Shown here: positions 57,301-64,000 of the stretch, piece by piece
Position numbering within the stretch: the stretch's first letter is position 1
Layout: every line of letters starts with the position of its first letter
NCBI GenBank assembly: GCA_002269645.1
Contig: NIVC01000691.1
Location: 366,216-430,215 of the forward strand
Direction of reading: 5' to 3'
DNA: 64,000 nt
DNA from: Macrostomum lignano
Lineage: Eukaryota
Notes under the pieces: model-generated
What the model saw: the letters and a program-made list of their open reading frames with translations, nothing else
Database searches by the model: none
Told to the model about the DNA's origin: nothing
Made by a program: the position numbers and the translations under genes

Positions 57301-57490
57301 CCGACTACACCAACAAGCGAAGGCGAGCTCGAGACTCAGCAGTCGAGGCCGGAGACTGGGTCTGGTGGCGCACAAGCTGGCAACCCGACTAAAGGAGCCG
57401 CTCAAGATCGCCTCCCGAGCAGGGCGCAACACCGTGCTGTCCGACGGTACAAAGTGGCACGCGAGCCGCCTGATCAAGTGCAACGACCCG
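54311..57490 (+). pseudogene. Disrupted gag-pol
   Basis: Gag has two Cys/His knuckles (CTRCGGNH..ECKAMGQKCRRCGKTNHFAKMC). Protease IDCGAAVSLL, RT SKLDLRQGYQQIPL/VPFGL/NIVDDILV, RNase H TCDESLDGLGAVL, integrase HEGHPG..CTAC and DIFG..SDNGSQF..GGVERFNRSLK follow. Frameshifts occur at ~55770 and ~57350, and a deletion after AEKRYS (~56525) removes the rest of RNase H. Confidence 0.9.
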
Positions 57491-57680
57491 ACAGCACCCA
57501 GCGGCGCAGCTGACCGAGCGGGCGAGCTGTTCGAGGCGCTCCTGCTGCCTGAGCCGGTGGCCAGGGCGGCGACGGTGCCGCCACCACCGCCTGGCGAGCC
57601 GCTACCCGAGGCGGCGCTCCGAAGGTCGACTCGAGCTCGACGGCAACCGGCGCGTTATCCTCTTCCGGAAGGGGGGAGAA

Positions 57681-57891
57681 TGTAGTGACTGTGCATCAGG
57701 CCTAGGTGTTGTAACTAACTTTGAGGCTAGAATTGTTCAATTACCTTATCTGCATCGTGCGTTCAATTATGGTATCGTTGTTTTAATTGCGTAACACTGT
57801 TGTCAACGTGCACATGAATATTAAATATATTGAGCAAGACTCAAGTGTCTCCAACTGAATTGAATTTAATCAATCAATTAAAAACACAACA
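57681..57891 (+). repeat. 3' LTR (211 bp)
   Basis: It follows the PPT and differs from the 5' LTR by about 9 substitutions and a net 6-bp indel (hand alignment). Confidence 0.95.
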
Positions 57892-58689
57892 AGCATACAG
57901 TATAAAAAGGATCAATGAGTACATGAACATGTACATTATGCGACTATATACTAAATGGTATATATGGAGAATGTACTTTTGTAAAAAGCGGTTCAAGGCT
58001 AATTTCCTTTCCAATTCCATCCGTGAAAAATTAGCTTCAAATGCGGATTAGCTTCAAGGCTACATTCTAGGCAAAGATTCTATTATTTGATGAGGATGCA
58101 CTTTTTTTCCAAATGTCACGCTCACACATGGGCTCCAAACTTGTTGGCCTACTAACAGCAGGCTACGAGCATTTTTTTCCTTTTTTATGTAATTTTCCTA
58201 GAATTCATACTAGTAGGATCTTTGTAGCTATATGATTTTGCCATAATTGTAGTTATAATAACATAGGCGCGGTTTTCGCTACTCTTGGGGTCATAAATCA
58301 TTGCTTTAGAGCTGGTCTCACAGCCACCTGCGCCTCACTCAGTGTTGAGCTGGCTGGCGTCTGAGATGATGCAGGTGGTAGCTTTTTTCTCATTATTTTT
58401 GACAGGCCATCAGATTTATGAGGTCAGGGCCTATGGTTCGTGTTCACTCAAGCGTGCGACAGCTTTGAGAGCTATGCGTTTTTCCCCTAAAAGTACTTTG
58501 GGATTAGCGATTATCGATTTCTCTTCACCATCTTCACTTTCTATTTAATGAGATCTTTCCAATGCATACTTTTTCATTAATTTTTGTAATTCCTACGCGA
58601 AAGGTCATAAATCATAATGTAGCGATTTTGAGTGATTTATGACAGCACCTGGTGTATTTTTATGGCCCCGAGGGAACTAATAGGATCGT

Positions 58690-59075
58690 TTGGTCACGTG
58701 AGTTTGAGTGGCAACAAGCTCAGCCAATCAGAAAATTCGACGTCAGTTATAAAAAATCGGCTCAGCCAATCAGCGAGGTGTTTCATTATAACAAATTGCG
58801 GTCCAGTTGGCGGCTATATAAACCGATGTTTTTGGCCCGTTCGGACTCAACTTTTTGACGACTTGTCCTGACTTCGTCAGCCTTTTTGGACTCCCGGACT
58901 CATACCTCTGGAGTCACGACCGTCGTCTCTTGATCCCCGGATTGCGATAATCCCCTCATCATCAAGGACGAATCCCCCGATCAACGGCATCGATCGACGA
59001 GTTTAAGATTATCACCTGCTAGTTATCAATAAAGACTGCAACATCATCATCCCGGTCTACAGCTGCGAAGTAAGC
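58690..59075 (+). mobile_element. LTR-like terminal-repeat fragment (compact promoter plus poly(A) signal)
   Basis: CACGTG, two CTCAGCCAATCAG boxes, TATATAAA (~58815) and AATAAAGAC (~59028) appear in LTR-like order within ~380 bp. No partner repeat or coding region was seen. Confidence 0.35.
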
Positions 59076-60082
59076 CGATTTGGTCACTGTGGATTACCTG
59101 GTCTCCGGCTGTTGAGTATCTGATTGGTTGGGTGAGAGGCTACCTAGACTTGCTTGATTGGGTGAGAGGCTACCTAGACTTGCTTGATTGGGTGATCCCT
59201 TATCTGTCCCCTATTTCAGTAGCTGGATTAGGCGCACACTTTTGCTCATTTTGTTTAGTAGTGCTGTTATTAAGGCAGAAATCATTCAATAATACTGTTT
59301 AGTAGTCTGATTGCTCCAATGATCTATCTGAAGTGCGAAGTAATTCAGTGAGAAGGTTAAATCTGGCATTATTTTAATCAGTTCTATTTCTTTGTTCGCC
59401 GATGGCTCAGATGATTAGCTAAGCTAGTAGGCGCCGGTCACAGTGGACCAATGGCAAGGCAGTTCTAAGTCGATCAATCTATCAAATCAGTTAGCGAATA
59501 TCAAATCAGTTAGCGAAAATCAAATCAGTTAGCGAAATTGCCAATAGTGCAAAATCGGCGCTAGAGATGTAGAAATTTAGATGTAGAGGTGAATCATGCG
59601 GTCTCCGAAGTTCGAGTTAGTCTATCATCAGCGCTACGAGAGGCTGCATGGTTGGCGCGTTGAAGGCCAAAAGCACAAACCCTCGTATTTAGCAATGTAG
59701 TACATGCGGCTATACCCTTAGCCTCGCCACTGCAAGAATCTCCTGCACAAGTCGATCCCCTCTGTCCCTGCATGGCCAGCAGTACATGTCCCTTATCATC
59801 GGCTATGACTTCGAGATTGACAGCAAAAAGACACTAGTTGGCAGGTAAGTGCTAAGCCAATCTACACATGTAGTCGGAAGCCCGATTTCGAAAGTTCCGG
59901 TTTGGTGAGCCAGAGCGCACCTGGTGGCAGCGGGTTAGTTAATCTGCGGATTAGCTGATCTCTACCTCCAAAATCCTCCCTGCTCGTCTCTCGCGCTGTA
60001 CCTCTCTTAGCTACAGGACCTAGACTGCTCGCCACAGTTCAAGCTACCACGGGGCTGACCATCTGACGGAGTGGGGGGCCAG

Positions 60083-60610
60083 GGGGTCTTTCTCGAAAGC
60101 AACTTACGATCGACCATAGACGTAAGTTGGGTAAGCTACACTTACTGGTTGCTAGCTCGAAGGGCTCGCAAGTTAGCTATGCGTAAGATTGATCGCAACT
60201 TTACGAGTTCGTAACTTTGCGCAAAAGACTGTTTCTCGAAACGTTCGTATGTCTATGGTCTTTCGTAAGGTTGATCTTAACCCTACGACTGCTTGGTATC
60301 AGTCGTAAGACGCACTTAAGCACTAATCGCATAGTACGTGAAGCTTTAGTCAAGCCAAGTCAAGTTAAACTTTATCAAAGGTGGGTCTTTCTCGAAAGCA
60401 ACTTACGATAGACTAAGTAAAGATATTTACAGATTTATGACCATAGACATGCAACTTTTCGTTTCAGATACGACTTACGAACAGCGTAAGCCACGCAAAG
60501 TCTAAGTGAGTTTTGAGAAAGCGTCTTACGAGCAAACTTACGCTACACGTAAATTTCTTTCTTACGATCTAACTTACCATAGAACTTACGTGAGTTTCGA
60601 GAAACACCCC
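60083..60610. mobile_element. PIF/Harbinger-type MITE (528 bp)
   Basis: The TIRs are GGGGT(C/G)TTTCTCGAAA, with a 3-bp TSD CAG on both sides (60080-60082, 60611-60613). There are many CTTACG/CGTAAG subterminal motifs and an internal extra TIR copy at ~60383. Confidence 0.82.
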
Positions 60611-61829
60611 CAGGACTCTAATCGATTTATTTCTGAGACCTGAGGCCCAAAGGCTTTCTCTCCAAAGAAGCCGAAAAGGCCGAAACCCTTCAAATAGATA
60701 TATTCGAGCTAACACATCTACTTCCACAGGGACACAGGGTTCATCTTACGACGAGCAGCATGTAACAAAGTTTTTGTGGTCGTTCAATTTGTTTGTTTGG
60801 TTCGAAGCAAAATTATGGACGCACAGTTCATATTTATTTATTGCTTATTCACTTAAATTTCTATGTCAGTCCAGTTCTTCATAACTTGAGGCGTTATTCT
60901 AAAGTTAATCTAATTGTTCTTCCCTTGCATCAATTTAAAATTTAAAAATACCGCGTCGCTATTTAGTTACCGTGGTTATAGAATATAGGTGTGAAAAAAT
61001 CGGACGACGTCGGGGATTCAGGATTCATTCAATATCCTATCATAATGTATATAAAAATATCATCTGCTTATAGTTGTTTAAAAGAAGTATTTAGTTCTAC
61101 CTCTTTTATTATTACTATTAAATACTAGTTACATAAATAGTTCATACTGTACTGATATTCAATTCATAATTTAGTCACCTGACTGGCTGCATAGCCTGCA
61201 TCGGCGTTCAACTGGCTCAAATGGAGCCTTTACAAAATAAAACCTAATTTATGTAGTAAAATGTAATACTTTACTTTAGGCAATTGCAATTAGCTTTAGG
61301 TAGCTATTGTTTTGCATGTTTATGCAGTGTCAATTCTGATTTTGCCATTTAAATTATAATTTGAATAATAGTTTGTGGTAGTAGTTTAGTAGCCTATGCT
61401 TGTAGATATTTTGCTAAAATGCCCAACTTACTTTTTCAACAAATATTTTATTTAGACCTTTGGATATTTGAATCTTTGAATCTTTACATCTTTGAACTTT
61501 TAGATTACTGTTTTTTATACAATATAATGTAGCAGTATTATAGTTATATTGAAGTATAATAGATGTTTATATACTAGACAAGCTGTTGAAACCCGCGGAT
61601 TTTGAACCCGGGGAATTCCAATCCCTGGAACTACTTTTGCATGTATTCTGAAATCTAAGGCAATACACAAACAAAAACTTGTTAATAGTTAGTAAGATAG
61701 AGGTGGACATAAAATGGAGCACATTCGTGTAAAATTAGGGTTTGAGGCAAACATTGATATTGTTGGCTGGGGGTACTCCGCAGAATGTCAGGCAATGTCT
61801 GTCTGACTCTAAAACATGTATTGGCAAAC

Positions 61830-62500
61830 TCTGGCCTCTCCCTGACTCTCCCTATGTCCCTTGGATCCTTTAAAATTTCTATCGTCTCTTCTGTTTCCTT
61901 TCTTCTCTCTCATCCCTCGTCTCTACTCTTTCCTCTCTCTTCTCTCCTCTCTTCTCTCGTATCTTCCCTCATCTCTTCCCTATTCTTTTCTCTCTCCTCT
62001 CCTCTCTCCTTTCTACTTTTCGTTTTCTCTCTGCTCTCCTCTCTCCTCTCAACTCTTTCGTTTTCTCTCTCCTCTCCTCTCCTCTCTCCTCTCTCCCATC
62101 TTCTTTCGTATCCTCCCTCATCTTTCTTCTCTTTCATATCTCTTATCTTATCTCTTCCCTCTTCTTTTCTCTCTCCTCTCCTCTCTCCTCTCTCCCCCTC
62201 TTCTCTCGTCTCTTCCTTCTCCTCTCTATTCTTTTTTCTCATCTCTTAACTCTCTCCTTTACTCTCTCATCTCTCCTCTCTCCTCTTTCCTCTCTCTCTC
62301 ATCTCTCCCCTCTTCTCTCGTCTCTTCCCTCACCTCTTTCCTCTCTCTCTTTCCTTTTATCTCTTTTCTTGTTTTATCTCTTCTCTCTCCCCTCGTCGCT
62401 CGTCTTTTCCCTCACCTCTCTTCTCTCTCGTCTGCTCTTTCATCTCTCCTTTCTCTTCTTTTATCTTTTCTCTCTTATCTCTTCTCGTTTCTCTCTGCTC

Positions 62501-62553
<53 letters not shown>

Positions 62554-63340
62554 CCTCTCTCTCTCTCTTATCTCTCCTCTCCCGTCTCTCGTCTGTTCAC
62601 CCTCATCTCTTCTCTCTCATCTGTCATCTTTACTCTCTTATACGTTCTCTCACTTATCTCCTCTGTACTCTTCTCTTTCACCTCTTCTGACTCCTCTCTT
62701 TCCTTTCTCCTTTCTCCTCTCCTCTTCTCTTCTCTTCCCTCTTCTATACTGTCTCCCTCTCTTGTCTGCTCTCGTCTCTCTGCACTCTCCTCTCACCTTT
62801 TTCATCTCTCATCTTTACTCTCTCATCTCTCCTTTAATCTGTCTCATCTCTACAATCTCATCTCTCCTTTCTCCCCTCTTCTTACACCCCTCTCTTATCT
62901 CTATCTCTTCTCTTCTCACTCCTCTCTCCCCCTCTTATCTCATTTCTTCTCTATCCTTTCTACTCTCTCCTCTCTAATCTCTCCTCTCCTCTTGACCCTC
63001 TGTCATCTTCTTTCTGCTCTCTCATATCTTCTCTCTTCTCACTCTTCTCTATTCTCCTCTCATCGATCCTCTGTCTCATCTCTACCCTCTTCTCACATTT
63101 ACTCATCTCTACTCTCTTCTCACTCTTCTCTATTCTCCTCTCATCGATCCTCTGTCTCATCTCTCCTCTCTTCTCACATTTACTCTTTCCTCTCCCTCCT
63201 TTCTCCCCTCCTCTCGCTTCTTCCTCCCTTCTTCTCTGCTCTCTCCTCACCACTTGTCTCCCCTCTTATCTTCCATGTTTTCTTTATCCCCCTCTCGCCT
63301 CTCCTCTCTTCTAAATAGTCTATTCCTTCTCCTTTCCACT
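61830..63340. repeat. ~1.5-kb CT-rich polypyrimidine/polypurine tract
   Basis: The + strand is overwhelmingly C/T, with a (CT)n run at ~62506-62547 and an internal ~80-bp direct duplication at ~63030-63185. Confidence 0.95.
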
Positions 63341-64000
63341 CTCATCTGGCCCGCACATAAGCTGGATTCTTTTTCTGGCTTTTGAAGTAAAAGTCTGCCG
63401 ATCCCTGCTTCGAAAGCCAGTTTGTGGGACGTACTACTCTCATCGTTGTTCTCATGCTTTGATCACGTCATCTTTCTTGCCAATTTGCAGCCCTGAAAGG
63501 AATTTTTGTATTTTCAGCTCCACTGCAGTCTGCATCAGTCTAACAACCAAGGAAATACGCATTTCTTAGGAGGCCATTTAAAATTTACACACTACCTTTA
63601 AAAGAAACCTAAAATTTCCATGGGTGTGCCTAATTTAGTAGGGTTGTATTGCATTGCATCGCATCGCCTTTTCATAAATCTTTCGCTTTTACAAACCGCT
63701 TTTCGCTTTCGCTTTTTTGCTGGATTCCCTCGATCTGCCAATTGCCATCCACTGTTAAACTGCTGCAGAGTTTGCCAATACAGAGGAGGGGAGGGCAGTG
63801 ATTAGAATTTCTCACTAATTAAACTGTTATGGCTAAACCTAGCCTCTCCACTCTCGGGGTGCGAGAAGGCTATAAAAAAGTTATTCCAAAACACTGTACA
63901 TTTGCTATGTACATTCAGTCCTATCGCCTGATCCTTCGTCTGGCTCTGGGGGAATGAGTGAGTGAGTGGCACAAACAACAGAAAAAGCAGACAAACTTCA

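Larger units (their letters stand above)
54093..57891 (+). mobile_element. Defective Ty3/Gypsy LTR retrotransposon, Mag-like lineage, both LTRs present
   Basis: LTRs at 54093-54309 and 57681-57891 (TGT...ACA), with flanks AGCAA/AGCAT (5-bp TSD, one mismatch). The PBS TGGCGACGAG is at 54312 and the PPT GAAGGGGGGAGAA at 57668-57680. The internal order is gag, protease, RT, RNase H, integrase. Confidence 0.95.

Noticed and set aside
61785-63318. 485-aa Leu/Ser-rich ORF and antisense Arg/Glu-rich ORFs (also 4437-4869)
   Set aside because: A CT-only tract cannot encode stop codons on the + strand, so these are compositional artefacts.

Overview
Animal (invertebrate) genomic DNA with GT-AG introns. 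The species cannot be determined from the sequence. No CRISPR array or intact tRNA/rRNA gene was found. The left half holds four well-supported genes: an intronless cytochrome-b5-fused front-end fatty acid desaturase (-), a 5-coding-exon AMPK beta subunit (-), a 2-exon medium-chain acyl-CoA dehydrogenase (+, head-to-head with AMPK beta) and a 2-exon NPF/NPY-type GPCR (+). There is also a weak candidate multi-exon gene at ~29.5-31.6 kb. Between these lie Gypsy, Tc1 and RTE-like remnants, SINE heads, MITEs and 19-, 81- and 85-bp tandem arrays. A 3.5-kb stretch between AMPK beta and ACADM contains only one CpG. About 21 kb (~32.8-53.9 kb) resolves into tandem and nested non-autonomous Helitron-type units with TC...hairpin-CTAG ends and CTAG|TC head-to-tail junctions. 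A 12.9-kb minus-strand trimer sits exactly at an A|T site inside a plus-strand relative. These units carry four minisatellite families, tRNA-derived Pol III boxes and a possible captured signal-peptide exon. Beyond this lie a defective Mag-type Ty3/Gypsy element with both LTRs, an LTR-like promoter fragment, a Harbinger-type MITE and a 1.5-kb polypyrimidine tract. All alignments and counts were done by eye.
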